51,660 bases of DNA from an uncultured Candidatus Saccharibacteria bacterium. Its GTDB lineage: Bacteria; Patescibacteriota; Minisyncoccia; Phycocordibacterales; UBA6065. The position numbers and the translations under genes were made by a program. Position 1 is the stretch's first letter; each line of letters starts with the position of its first letter. Shown here piece after piece: positions 24,993 through 34,485 of the stretch. The DNA is taken from positions 30,571 to 82,230 of the forward strand of contig CAYJAC010000001.1 of NCBI GenBank assembly GCA_964368565.1, read 5' to 3'. A model generated the notes under the pieces. That model made no database searches. It was not told the origin of the DNA and saw nothing but the letters and a program-made list of their open reading frames with translations.

Positions 24993-25123
24993 TCAGCAAA
25001 AAAGTCCTTATCGGAGCACGCGTCATGGGACCCTGACCCATGCGCTCACTCTCGCGTTTTCGGTTGTGCCACTGGCACAACCTCACCCTGCGAGAGTCTC
25101 CTCTAAGGACTTTTTTGCTGACT
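24991..25123. repeat. Terminator-embedded GC-rich structured element (copy d)
   Basis: Outer 20-bp stem agtcagcaaaaaagtcctta / taaggacttttttgctgact. The core blocks 25009-25054 and 25087-25106 match copy c (1 difference in 46 nt; 20/20). Confidence 0.75.
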
Positions 25124-25126
25124 AAA

Positions 25127-26362
25127 TTACTCTGTTAGATTGTAGCGCCACACCGTCATGTCTTTCTTGTTGGTAAATATAATAACGTTCTCGTTTTGAT
25201 CAAGCGAAGGCTTTATCATGTCCATCGTTAGTCCAATGGTAGAGTCGGGGTTAAGGAGCTCTTCTGTTTCGCCGCTTACAGCGTCTATTTTCCATAGGAC
25301 ATCGTCAAAACCAACCTTCCCTTTATACCAGTCATCTGGGTAGGATGCACTGCGAGGTGATTGAGGAATTGCGCAGTACACCGTCGCGCGGTCCTTAGTG
25401 CTCCAGACACATTTATTGGCGAGAGTCGAAACACTGAGTCTTTGTGATGTTCCAGTTTTTACATCAAAGATTGATGTTGCTAGGGTGTTTTGGTTACTAC
25501 CAGAGAAAAGTACCAAGGTTCCGTCAGTGTTTGCTACGGTTTCAAGGCCATATACCCCACTAAGCGTCTTTGTATAGTCACCATTCGCCGGATTCATCAG
25601 ATATGAACTACCGCCTGTCGCATTGCTTGGTTTTGAGGAGATTACAATTGCCTTTGGAGAGGTCCAGTTGGTTGTCCACTCACCAAATGAAGAGTTGAAG
25701 ATTGCCTCTTTATTACTACCGTCCATGTTTGCCATTATTCCTTGGGCATTAGTGTCTCTCCAGACTAGATAGAATATTTTATTAGCGTTTACCGCTATGT
25801 TTCTGATGCCGTCTGGCAGGAAGAGCCCTTCGAGTGCCTGTTCTGGCCTTTGTGGCATTGCGATTTTCGCGTAGAAGGTACGGATAACATCACTGTCCTC
25901 TTTAAAGTATCGGATGAGGAGACGGGTGGCGTTCTGAGTAAAAATGGCTTCGTAAACCTTTGGAATGGTAATTGTTGATATTTTGGTTACCACCGATTTT
26001 TCGCTGTCAGTTTCGTATATATGACCAGTGGCGCGTTCTATGTAGCGAATCACTGTTGACGAAGCGGTTGATGATGCGACAGCTCCAGCAGTGGGAACGA
26101 ATGATATCTGTCTGAATCGAGGAAGTCGCACTTCCCCGCTGCCGCTCAGGTCTATCTCGCTCTGCGTGCTGGTTCCACTTGTCGTGCTTGTTCCTGTTGT
26201 GTTTGTTGTACCGCCCGGACCGAAAGGAAAAAGGTCTGAATCGGGAGTGGTTCCAGGATTGGTATTTGAAGGGCCCGCCGATTTGTTATACAAATACCAC
26301 CCAAGAGCTGCAAAGATTGCAATAAGGATAATTATAAGTAATGTAAATGCTTTTTTTGACAT
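25127..26362 (-). CDS. Membrane-anchored hypothetical protein (Thr/Ser/Gly linker, beta-rich ectodomain); last gene of the T4SS-like operon
   Basis: 411 aa with N-terminal TM 'LLIIILIAIFAALGWYL'. It starts 1 nt after the upstream gene's stop. Confidence 0.5.
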   Translation of the reverse strand: MSKKAFTLLIIILIAIFAALGWYLYNKSAGPSNTNPGTTPDSDLFPFGPGGTTNTTGTSTTSGTSTQSEIDLSGSGEVRLPRFRQISFVPTAGAVASSTASSTVIRYIERATGHIYETDSEKSVVTKISTITIPKVYEAIFTQNATRLLIRYFKEDSDVIRTFYAKIAMPQRPEQALEGLFLPDGIRNIAVNANKIFYLVWRDTNAQGIMANMDGSNKEAIFNSSFGEWTTNWTSPKAIVISSKPSNATGGSSYLMNPANGDYTKTLSGVYGLETVANTDGTLVLFSGSNQNTLATSIFDVKTGTSQRLSVSTLANKCVWSTKDRATVYCAIPQSPRSASYPDDWYKGKVGFDDVLWKIDAVSGETEELLNPDSTIGLTMDMIKPSLDQNENVIIFTNKKDMTVWRYNLTE

Positions 26363-26363
26363 G

Positions 26364-27662
26364 CTATTGTTTGCAAGCTACGGTTCCTGCAGCCGAAACT
26401 TCAATATCTCTTTGGCAACCCACAATCTTTCCTATCTCCGTATCAAACACTGTCCTTTGGATATTGCTTTGCTTCCTAAACTCTTCAGCCTGGCTAGGGT
26501 CCTTTGCTCGAATAGCTTCTTCGTTGGCTGAGTGCAGTTTAACCAAAGTGTCTCGAGCAACCTGGATTTGCTTTTGAAGGGCTAGTTCATTGGAAAGGTT
26601 GAACTCGGGAGTATATTCGCCTACCGGAGCTGTTATGCCAATAACACTTTGTTTAACATCGATGAGACTTTGGGCGGTCACAATCTGCTGCGTAGAGAGC
26701 ACATTAAATGCCTGAAGTGTAGCCGTTGCTTTATTTTTAGCAGGACCTGGCGGCAAAGCTTCTATCTGACGAATGAGGGATTCCTCGGTTGCTGATTTTG
26801 CATTTGTAGCAAGTCGTATGGCTTCTCGAGGATCCTCCTTGTTACCCTCAACCATTCTTGCGATATCTCGAGACCCATTTGCAGACACAGCATTCATGGT
26901 GTTGAGCGATAAAGTGGCCTGGTAATCAGATACCACTTTTGTCTGCGCCTCAATATCAGCTGTTAGCTGAGGTAAATCTTTCATAATTTTATCCAACCTT
27001 TCAACATCTTCTGGAATCATTGATCCCTCCAGTTCCGCTGCCTCGGCGCGGAGCTGATCCGCCTCTCCTGTGAGCTGATTTAACCTACTTGTCTCAGTTG
27101 CCAAGTTTTGCTGGGCGATTCGAGCCTGTGCGGTTGCATTGCTTGCCCAAGTCTCCGACTGCTTAAGAAGGCCACTTAAGGTCCCTGAGTCGACGCCATC
27201 ACCCCCCACCGGAGTTCCAAGACTTAGATTTATATTCACCAGGTCTATATTTATAGTGCGCAAGAGTAGGTACGAGCACAAAAGAAGAGCCAGTCCGGCA
27301 AATGCGCCATGCCACTTTTCTTTTGCATCCGACTTTCCTGTTATAGCTTCGGCTGTAGCATATTCAACCCCTGCCCAGATGATCATTATTACAGCTAAGA
27401 CCGCGGCGATACCTATGGATACGCCATAAAGGTTTTTAATTTTTTCAAGAGGATTTGTATTGACGCATCCTGCAGTGCTTCCATTTGGTGCTGGTTTGCA
27501 TCCTACGGTAAATCCGGGGATTGTTGTGAGCGCAACATATTTGTCTTCATCGACTGCAGCCACAGCCTCATGTACAAAGGATCCTGAAGCCATAATCATG
27601 AGTCCGAAAAGGGACCCGGCACATACTTTCTTAAGAATATTTCTTGTACGAGCTGTGATCAT
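26364..27662 (-). CDS. T4SS-pilin-like domain protein fused to a long coiled-coil C-terminal region
   Basis: 432 aa with a signal peptide. 'NPLEKIKNLYGVSIGIAAVLAVIMIIWAGVEYA...AKEKWHGAFAGLALLLCSYLLLRTIN' has the two-TM VirB2/T4SS_pilin-like architecture. About 280 aa of Ala/Gln/Glu-rich helical sequence follows. Confidence 0.55.
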   Translation of the reverse strand: MITARTRNILKKVCAGSLFGLMIMASGSFVHEAVAAVDEDKYVALTTIPGFTVGCKPAPNGSTAGCVNTNPLEKIKNLYGVSIGIAAVLAVIMIIWAGVEYATAEAITGKSDAKEKWHGAFAGLALLLCSYLLLRTINIDLVNINLSLGTPVGGDGVDSGTLSGLLKQSETWASNATAQARIAQQNLATETSRLNQLTGEADQLRAEAAELEGSMIPEDVERLDKIMKDLPQLTADIEAQTKVVSDYQATLSLNTMNAVSANGSRDIARMVEGNKEDPREAIRLATNAKSATEESLIRQIEALPPGPAKNKATATLQAFNVLSTQQIVTAQSLIDVKQSVIGITAPVGEYTPEFNLSNELALQKQIQVARDTLVKLHSANEEAIRAKDPSQAEEFRKQSNIQRTVFDTEIGKIVGCQRDIEVSAAGTVACKQ

Positions 27663-28672
27663 TGGAATATGGTTATACCGACAGATGCCCCTTGCAATAC
27701 TTTTCGACTATTCTGGATAACGAGACCTAGATTTGAAGAACCTGTCACCCCTTCGGTTTTACGCAGAACAATCTGATTCTTTCCCGCGAATTCAGAGACG
27801 GTTCCGCCATTAAGGGTCCAGTCAAAAGACAAGAGTCCGGACAGAGGACTGTCAGTAGACATGCCAAAGGGTTCTGCTACGAGTGTTATTTCTTCGTTTG
27901 GGAGAGTGTATGAACCTGCGAGGCCCTTTTCATATAACATCCCATAGAGTGGGCTGTTCTCATAAAAGACTGCCTCGGGCACACTTGGTTTGATTGTTAC
28001 CGAAGCGGATCCCGCATAATTTTCTTTTGGTGAAGATACCTCCACGCCAATCTCTTCCCCATCGCGTAGATAGCTGGTTTGTGACGTTATGTATGAATCC
28101 TTTGCAAACCCTGATGCGTCGCCTTGGACTTCGCCATTCTTCTTCCATGTATAAATGAGATCCTTTGGATTTATTCTCTTTCCGTTAGCGCTATAAAATT
28201 CGGGCAGAGCTGTTACCTTGAACGCACCGCCAAAAGAATGCAGGGCCTTTCCTTGATAAAAAGGAGGGGTGTACGTATCGGCTTCCCACAGCAGGATCAC
28301 TTCAGCTGGTCTAAACGCAAATTCATTTGTGATGATACCAAAGTCGCTTGTGGCTATCTCTACACGTACTGACGTGAATGTACCCGCTTTACCACTCGTG
28401 ATACTGACGTTTTTGACACCAACACCCTCTGTGAAGAGCTTGTTGTTTACATACCACCTAAAAGTAGCTTTATTGAGGTCGGTACTGAAGCTTTGCGCGG
28501 TAAGGTCTACCCTTTCTTGTGGATTTGGGTACTGAGGGATCATTCGAAACGTCACAGGGTCGCTGATACCTGGAACACTTTGTGCATTGGCGTAGAGAAA
28601 GAAGCCAGAGAGTAAAAAAAGAGAAAATAATGTGCTTTTTAACGCGCGAATCATGGCATTATTGTACCACAA
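27659..28672 (-). CDS. Secreted beta-rich hypothetical protein
   Basis: 337 aa with signal peptide 'LFSLFLLSGFFLYANAQ'. Its stop overlaps the downstream start (ATGA). Confidence 0.5.
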   Translation of the reverse strand: MWYNNAMIRALKSTLFSLFLLSGFFLYANAQSVPGISDPVTFRMIPQYPNPQERVDLTAQSFSTDLNKATFRWYVNNKLFTEGVGVKNVSITSGKAGTFTSVRVEIATSDFGIITNEFAFRPAEVILLWEADTYTPPFYQGKALHSFGGAFKVTALPEFYSANGKRINPKDLIYTWKKNGEVQGDASGFAKDSYITSQTSYLRDGEEIGVEVSSPKENYAGSASVTIKPSVPEAVFYENSPLYGMLYEKGLAGSYTLPNEEITLVAEPFGMSTDSPLSGLLSFDWTLNGGTVSEFAGKNQIVLRKTEGVTGSSNLGLVIQNSRKVLQGASVGITIFQ

Positions 28673-28711
28673 TAGATGAAAGCCGCCTGTGAAAAGGCGG
28701 CTTTCATTTCC

Positions 28712-30523
28712 CTATTGTGACTGAGCCTCAGCTCTTTTTGCCTGCTTCATGGCAAGTACCTGCGACGGGTCAGAGGTGATTATTTGGTCCTCTGTGTACG
28801 AAGCGATGATTTTTATAGCCACGTGTTTGAGGCCAACAAAGAATATTCCCTCTCCCACGTCTGATTCCAAGAGGAGGTATTTCTCCTCGTCGGTGAGGTT
28901 GAAGACCTGCTGGAGTTTGTCGATTGATGACGGCGACTGTTTAAGGAGAACTTGTATGGACGAGTTGGTAATAATCGGTAATCCGTATGGAGATTTAAGG
29001 AAGTCATCCACGTCCTGAGTAATAGTAGCTAGTCCGAGGAAGTATTTTCGTCCGCGTTTTGCTAATCCGAGCAGGAACGAGGCCGTGTCTTCGGATTTCA
29101 TCATCCACCAAGCCTCGTCGATCACGAGGAGGCGCTTTTTGAGATTCTTGCGAACTGCATTCCAAATATAGTGTGTAACGATGTACATAGCTACCGGCTT
29201 GAGCTCTTCTTCCATGTCTCGCAATGAGAATACGATGAACTTCGCGCCGATATCGACGTTTGTTGGCCTGTTTATAAAGCCAGACCACGTTCCCTTGGTG
29301 TATTTTGTCAGTCTTTGTACGAGAGACTCCCCTCCCTCCATACCAGCCAGCACTAGTTCAAAGTCTGAAAGGAGTGGTGGTTCGGTCGAGCGGAAGTCAG
29401 AATCAGGAGTAATGTCCTTCAGGGCGTATGTTTCAGAAATCGCTTTGTCGATGATAGCGTCTTCTTCGGGTGTAAGACCGCCCATCATAATACGGAAGAG
29501 TCCGACGAGATTAATAATGTTTGAACGTAGTACGTCTGCGCCAGACTCGTCTTCACGAGGGATTGGGAGGTCGAACGGGTTTATGTGATGTTCAGAATTG
29601 AGGGAAATATTGAAATACTTGCCTCCAGTGGCTTCTGCCAGGAATTCGTATTCTTTTTCAGGATCGATGACGATGACATCGGTATCAAACATGAGTGTTC
29701 GCAGAATTTCGAGTTTAACAGTATATGACTTTCCTGCTCCAGACTTTGCAAATGTGATTGAATTGTAGTTTTCGAGTGAAAATCGGTCGAACAATACTAG
29801 TGAAGAGTTGTGTCGATTGATACCGTAAAGGATTCCTTTGTCGGATGTAAGGTCAAATGAAATAAAAGGGAAAAGGCTCGAAAGAGGGCTAGAATTAAGC
29901 TTGGAATGGACCATGAGCTGGTCAGTGGCTGTTGGCAAATTGCTCTTGTAACCTTGTTCCTGTTGGAAAAGTGCTGGTTTTACATAGACAAGCTTTGATT
30001 CAAGGATGGATTTGATTTCCGACTCGGTTTTATCTAGTTCGGCCGCAGTATCACCATATATAGATATATAGACGCCGACATCAAAAAGTTTTTCCTGTGC
30101 CTGCTGGAGGCTGTCGCGAAGACTCTCGAGATCCTGATATGCAGTATCAAGCATCGGGTCTCGTACCAGACCCTTCTGCTCCCTAATAGAAATCTGGCTT
30201 TGTACCTCGGCTACTTTTTTCTGGAATTGTCGTAGTACTTTTGCTGTTTCTACGGGATGTACGAATATAGAAATGTTAAAAACCTTGTCGAGATTAATGA
30301 TTGGAGCAAACCAACTCTCCCCCAGGAAGCGTGGGTATGAAATAACAAAGAAAGAGCGTACGATTTTGTCGCCGAGCGAGAGTTCGCGGGGACTTACTTT
30401 GAGTGCCGATGGCGCAATGACATCCTTGAGCTCCAAAACACCCGCCTCATAGATTTCCTGTGGCAGGATTGGAGAGATGTTGACCTTATTTTCCTTCTTT
30501 TTTAAAAAATCGAATATTCCCAT
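28712..30523 (-). CDS. virB4: VirB4/TrsE-family type IV secretion ATPase
   Basis: 603 aa with Walker A 'KSGAGKSYTVK' and Walker B 'LLVIDEAWWMM', plus a typical VirB4 N-domain. Confidence 0.9.
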   Translation of the reverse strand: MGIFDFLKKKENKVNISPILPQEIYEAGVLELKDVIAPSALKVSPRELSLGDKIVRSFFVISYPRFLGESWFAPIINLDKVFNISIFVHPVETAKVLRQFQKKVAEVQSQISIREQKGLVRDPMLDTAYQDLESLRDSLQQAQEKLFDVGVYISIYGDTAAELDKTESEIKSILESKLVYVKPALFQQEQGYKSNLPTATDQLMVHSKLNSSPLSSLFPFISFDLTSDKGILYGINRHNSSLVLFDRFSLENYNSITFAKSGAGKSYTVKLEILRTLMFDTDVIVIDPEKEYEFLAEATGGKYFNISLNSEHHINPFDLPIPREDESGADVLRSNIINLVGLFRIMMGGLTPEEDAIIDKAISETYALKDITPDSDFRSTEPPLLSDFELVLAGMEGGESLVQRLTKYTKGTWSGFINRPTNVDIGAKFIVFSLRDMEEELKPVAMYIVTHYIWNAVRKNLKKRLLVIDEAWWMMKSEDTASFLLGLAKRGRKYFLGLATITQDVDDFLKSPYGLPIITNSSIQVLLKQSPSSIDKLQQVFNLTDEEKYLLLESDVGEGIFFVGLKHVAIKIIASYTEDQIITSDPSQVLAMKQAKRAEAQSQ

Positions 30524-30532
30524 GGGTTTAAA

Positions 30533-31168
30533 TTAGGCGAGAGGTATAGGTTTTTCAGTATCACCAGGATTAAAGATCTTGTAGAAGACTTCGACAATCT
30601 CCTCTGTTCCCAGCTCGACGGTTCGAATGCCGCAGCGCACGAGTCCTTGGGTGACGACGCTAACCCTCTGCTCGAGCTGGCTTCGCTGCTCTTCGAAATC
30701 AGCGAGTTTTTTCTCGGCGGTTTCAGCTGCATTCCTCTTCTTGCTAAATACATCACTGACTCCCCCTGCAGTGAGCGAGGCTGGTGAATACGGTACAACA
30801 ACAAAGAATGTCTTTGTCATGATATTCGAATTTTCGGTGAAGTTCTTTATGAACGCAATGTATTCGCGTGTCTGGATTTTGAGCAGATCGCTCATTTGCT
30901 CTTTGAGCCTGCCTTCTAAAAGGGCTATATAGGGCCTGATATCAAGCTTTCGTGATTGAATGAAGATCTGTACAGAAAAGTCGAGTGAGTTCAAGAAGTT
31001 CTGAAACTGCATGATGATCGACTGCTGTTCATCAGCCGACTTCAGGGCAAAGTTGAGTGAGGATGCCATGACAATAGCACGCATAGAATCGTCTTTAAGG
31101 ATGATGATTCCTTGTTTTATTTCTTTGATTGGAACAAAGTCCTGTGTTGTTTTTGCGTTGAGAGCCAT
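30533..31168 (-). CDS. Hypothetical protein resembling a stand-alone VirB4 N-terminal domain
   Basis: 211 aa. 'TQDFVPIKEIKQGIIILKDDSMRAIVMASSLNFALKSADEQQSIIMQFQNFLNSL' mirrors the N-terminal pattern of Gram-positive VirB4-like proteins. It has no Walker motifs. Confidence 0.4.
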   Translation of the reverse strand: MALNAKTTQDFVPIKEIKQGIIILKDDSMRAIVMASSLNFALKSADEQQSIIMQFQNFLNSLDFSVQIFIQSRKLDIRPYIALLEGRLKEQMSDLLKIQTREYIAFIKNFTENSNIMTKTFFVVVPYSPASLTAGGVSDVFSKKRNAAETAEKKLADFEEQRSQLEQRVSVVTQGLVRCGIRTVELGTEEIVEVFYKIFNPGDTEKPIPLA

Positions 31169-31186
31169 ACTATTGCTTTAAGTATA

Positions 31187-31627
31187 CTAGAACGTCTGCT
31201 TGTCCGCTCGCTGCGCCGGATTCTGGCTCTGTTTAATGTCGAGCGACCATGTAAGGTCCTTTAGTTTTGAATCCGAGAGCTTTGGAATATAGAAATCAGA
31301 GACAGTTGTGGTGTCTTTGTCTTGTTCCTTGGCGATAATTGGCTTTTCGACATGCTTCCATATGTAGAGCTTGTTTCCGATGTAATAGTTGAATGCTGCC
31401 TCGACCACGTTTATGAAGGGCTTGTTGTTTATCTTGTAGAAAGCCAATGCTAGGGCAAACCCCACGACGGGTAGGATAAGGATGGCACTAATGAAGAGGT
31501 TTCCGACGAATTTATAGATGATAAAGGAAAGCCCTCCCCCGCCAAGGAGGTATATGAACTGTTTGATCGTAAGGGGGCCGAATATTTTGTCTTCTACTTC
31601 GATGAATTGAGGAACTTGAAATCTCAT
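31187..31627 (-). CDS. PrgI-family (VirB3-like) membrane protein
   Basis: 146 aa. 'VPQFIEVEDKIFGPLTIKQFIYLLGGGG' is followed by two TM segments. Confidence 0.6.
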   Translation of the reverse strand: MRFQVPQFIEVEDKIFGPLTIKQFIYLLGGGGLSFIIYKFVGNLFISAILILPVVGFALALAFYKINNKPFINVVEAAFNYYIGNKLYIWKHVEKPIIAKEQDKDTTTVSDFYIPKLSDSKLKDLTWSLDIKQSQNPAQRADKQTF

Positions 31628-31640
31628 ACAACCATTATAC

Positions 31641-32261
31641 CTAGTTTATCGATTCCCTATAAGGGTCGGCTGTGTAGGTTGCTGGCTTTGGTGCGGGTTT
31701 TGGAGTTGCCGGTGCCGCAGGAGTGGCTGATGACTGCAGGCTAACCGTCGCTTTTTGTGAAGGAATTGCTACGGTTTGAGTGAGTTTGCTGCCAATAAAG
31801 TCATGGGCGACAGTTGTTGCTGTTTCCTGCGCTGGGACGGTTATAGGGTGTGTGGATGGGGTTGGGTTTTCAATTTCGGCGAGGATGTTGTCACGGGTAA
31901 TTGCTGGTTCTGGTGTTACTGCTGTGGCAGCCTGTATTTGGACCTTTTGTATTGCCTTAAGGCTCTCTCGGATGGGTAAAAAAACCTTCTCGTTTATTGC
32001 CAAAGTAACTCCGCGTGCATCCGATGGGCTTAGTGAAAGGTTTGTGGCGATATTTTTTTCAAATGCATCCACACCCTCTACACCAAGAAGAATAAGCATG
32101 GTTTCGGTATAAAGAACCCCAGCTTGGTCTATATGTAGGCCATTCTTTTGAGCTACATCTTGCATGATTGTCTGTAAGGGCAAAGCTGCGATCGATTTTT
32201 TTACATCATCGGGCAGTATTTGATATCGCTCTTTTATAATTTTTTCTATTTCTTGGTCCAT
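31641..32261 (-). CDS. Hypothetical protein with a Pro/Thr/Ala-rich tail
   Basis: 206-aa ORF inside the operon. Confidence 0.4.
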   Translation of the reverse strand: MDQEIEKIIKERYQILPDDVKKSIAALPLQTIMQDVAQKNGLHIDQAGVLYTETMLILLGVEGVDAFEKNIATNLSLSPSDARGVTLAINEKVFLPIRESLKAIQKVQIQAATAVTPEPAITRDNILAEIENPTPSTHPITVPAQETATTVAHDFIGSKLTQTVAIPSQKATVSLQSSATPAAPATPKPAPKPATYTADPYRESIN

Positions 32262-32265
32262 GGTT

Positions 32266-34479
32266 TTATTTGTCTCCTCCGCCGGGAGTTACCGGGGTCG
32301 GTTCAGGTGCTGGACCCCCTCCACCTCCTGATGGTTTTGCTCCGGCATCTCCCCCAGCGTCATCGTCATTCAGATTAGCTATCAGCTTTGAAAGGTCTTT
32401 TTCTTTTTGCTTCTTGCTATCTATTGTTTTACGGAGCTCACCTGCTAATTTTTTATTATCTGAAATAAACTTGTCTGCTGCAAGTCCGGCTCCCTGGGTT
32501 ACTATATTACCAATTGTTTGGACAGCACTCTTTCCAATCTCTCCACCAATAGCATTTCCGAATTTCGCCGCAAGGCCATTTTCTCCTAATCCTTTAGAGA
32601 TAAATTGGGCCACACCCATTCCCAATCCTTCTTCTGCGGCTAGGGCCGCATCCCCTTGTCGCATGGCTGCCTTCATTGCAGTAATCATTGCTTTTCGATC
32701 ATCTTTGTTTAGACGACGCTCCTGCTTAGTTCTTTCGGCGTCAGTTATGTCTGTGTTTGCATCAAGGGCGGCTTGCATTGCACCAAGGTCAGCTGCACTT
32801 GCACTGTCAATATCTTCCAATTGTTCAAGAATCTTGACTTGTTCGGCGTGTATTCTTTTCTTAATGTCATATTCACCGTCAGCATCTACAGCCGCTTTAA
32901 TACTTTCAAGGGCCTTCTTTTGCTTATTGTATTCTTTCAGATCATCAGGACTACCGCTTTGTTTATAGACACCTTGAGCGGTTTTGGTTCTAGTATTCTG
33001 CTGATCATAAGCCTTTCCGTATTCGCCATGTCCTCCGTATGCAGTATCTTCCGCAGCTGAAAGTTCAGATTTGGCAGGCTTTGTATCCTTCGGCTTTGCA
33101 GCAAGCTTTTCAAGCGCCTCTTTCTGTTGCTTTTCATTGTCCTTCATCATACTTGTGTAACCCTTGCCTGGTTTACCCGCTACTCCGGTCAGTGCCCGTG
33201 CGTCAAAATGGAAATCCGCAGCACCCTTCAGACCACCCTGGACTTTGCCTGCTATTGCCCCACCAACACCACCACCAGCAATCAAAGAGTTGAGGCGAGT
33301 ATTTCCAGCAAGTCGTGCTGCTGCACCACCAAGGGCAACTTTGCCTAGTAGTGCTGGGGCTCCACCTGCTATTCCGACAGCAAATTTTCCGAGCCCTTCA
33401 GCGAATCCGCCCACGGCTTTACCCATCTTGCCGCTATTGTCCTTTGCCACACTGAGGCATGCGTGTAGCATGAAAATTATGATGGCGTATTGGAAATACA
33501 GAGAAATACTGATGCCACCTACCAGTGTTTCATCGTTAAGTGCGGCGATGTTCAATATCTTTAGGCTATTGATGAATTGGAGAGATATGTACAGCATTAA
33601 TAAAAAGGCGATGGGAAACATCACTGCACTCGTTAGCTCTTTCTTCCAGTCTTTAGAGTAGTCGCTGAGCTGAGGAAGTACCTCCCCCATGAATCCTACG
33701 GGCGAAAACACCAGAAGGAAGAGTAGTGTAACGCTGCGAGAGATAAAAAGGACCGCACAGTAGAGGAATATGTATATGGCAATCATCACTATGACTAATC
33801 GCAGTATACGGGCAATAAAGCTGCTACTCGGATGATTGACGTATTCGGAAACACTTTTTGGATCGCTAGTATTACCGGTACTGTTGCCACCTAGCTTCCA
33901 CCACTGGGCGATACCAAGGCGGGCGCTTATAAGGTCGCTTAGGCTCGCTACCTCTCCTTTGGCGAGAGTCGCAGGCCCGGTGTTTACTCTAAGGGTGTTT
34001 GTTATGCCACCGTACAGCCATAAACCAAATACATTACTGACATCTACTACTGCTTTGGTGAAAAAGAGGCTGAAGTTTATGAGGAGTGCGGCGATAATTA
34101 CTTTTGTAAGAAGACTCTTTGTACCAAAACTCGTACCGCGCACAATCGTTCCGAGACTGATATATATGAGTATGAATATAAAGAAAATGTTGCAGAGGTC
34201 ACGTACGATAGTCCAGCCAAGGTTGATAGCTGGCGATAGACTAAATATATATGCGGTGTGAAGACTGAAGTCTATGGCGCTGTCTAAAAGCAGGCCAGCT
34301 AACGTGAGTATAGCAGAGGCAAGCGGCAGAATCAGCCATTCAAACAGCTCGCCGATGCCGCCCGTTATCAATTCCTGTACCCACCCCGCATGTGCAAAAT
34401 GCGGCACGGCAAAAATAAGGGCAGCAAAGCCGAATATTGGGAGTAGTGAACTTTTATTCTTAAGTAAAGGTCGACGCAT
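32266..34479 (-). CDS. VirB6/TrbL-like polytopic membrane protein with a long hydrophilic C-terminal extension
   Basis: 737 aa. The first ~400 aa contain multiple TM helices. The remainder is a Gly/Ala-rich then Lys/Asp/Ala-rich region ending 'GGGGGPAPEPTPVTPGGGDK'. Confidence 0.55.
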   Translation of the reverse strand: MRRPLLKNKSSLLPIFGFAALIFAVPHFAHAGWVQELITGGIGELFEWLILPLASAILTLAGLLLDSAIDFSLHTAYIFSLSPAINLGWTIVRDLCNIFFIFILIYISLGTIVRGTSFGTKSLLTKVIIAALLINFSLFFTKAVVDVSNVFGLWLYGGITNTLRVNTGPATLAKGEVASLSDLISARLGIAQWWKLGGNSTGNTSDPKSVSEYVNHPSSSFIARILRLVIVMIAIYIFLYCAVLFISRSVTLLFLLVFSPVGFMGEVLPQLSDYSKDWKKELTSAVMFPIAFLLMLYISLQFINSLKILNIAALNDETLVGGISISLYFQYAIIIFMLHACLSVAKDNSGKMGKAVGGFAEGLGKFAVGIAGGAPALLGKVALGGAAARLAGNTRLNSLIAGGGVGGAIAGKVQGGLKGAADFHFDARALTGVAGKPGKGYTSMMKDNEKQQKEALEKLAAKPKDTKPAKSELSAAEDTAYGGHGEYGKAYDQQNTRTKTAQGVYKQSGSPDDLKEYNKQKKALESIKAAVDADGEYDIKKRIHAEQVKILEQLEDIDSASAADLGAMQAALDANTDITDAERTKQERRLNKDDRKAMITAMKAAMRQGDAALAAEEGLGMGVAQFISKGLGENGLAAKFGNAIGGEIGKSAVQTIGNIVTQGAGLAADKFISDNKKLAGELRKTIDSKKQKEKDLSKLIANLNDDDAGGDAGAKPSGGGGGPAPEPTPVTPGGGDK

Positions 34480-34485
34480 TTGGAT

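Noticed and set aside
20606-25123. The repeated GC-rich cores as a CRISPR array.
   Set aside because: There are only two copies, 4.4 kb apart and separated by genes. They are not regularly spaced, each is internally palindromic with locus-specific flanks, and there are no cas genes.
32270-32968. Long plus-strand ORFs antisense to the VirB6-like gene (32270-32968, 33164-33661, 33836-34261, 34274-34828, 34829-35353).
   Set aside because: They are Pro/Ser/Ala-rich, low-complexity translations overlapping well-supported minus-strand genes, so they are shadow ORFs.
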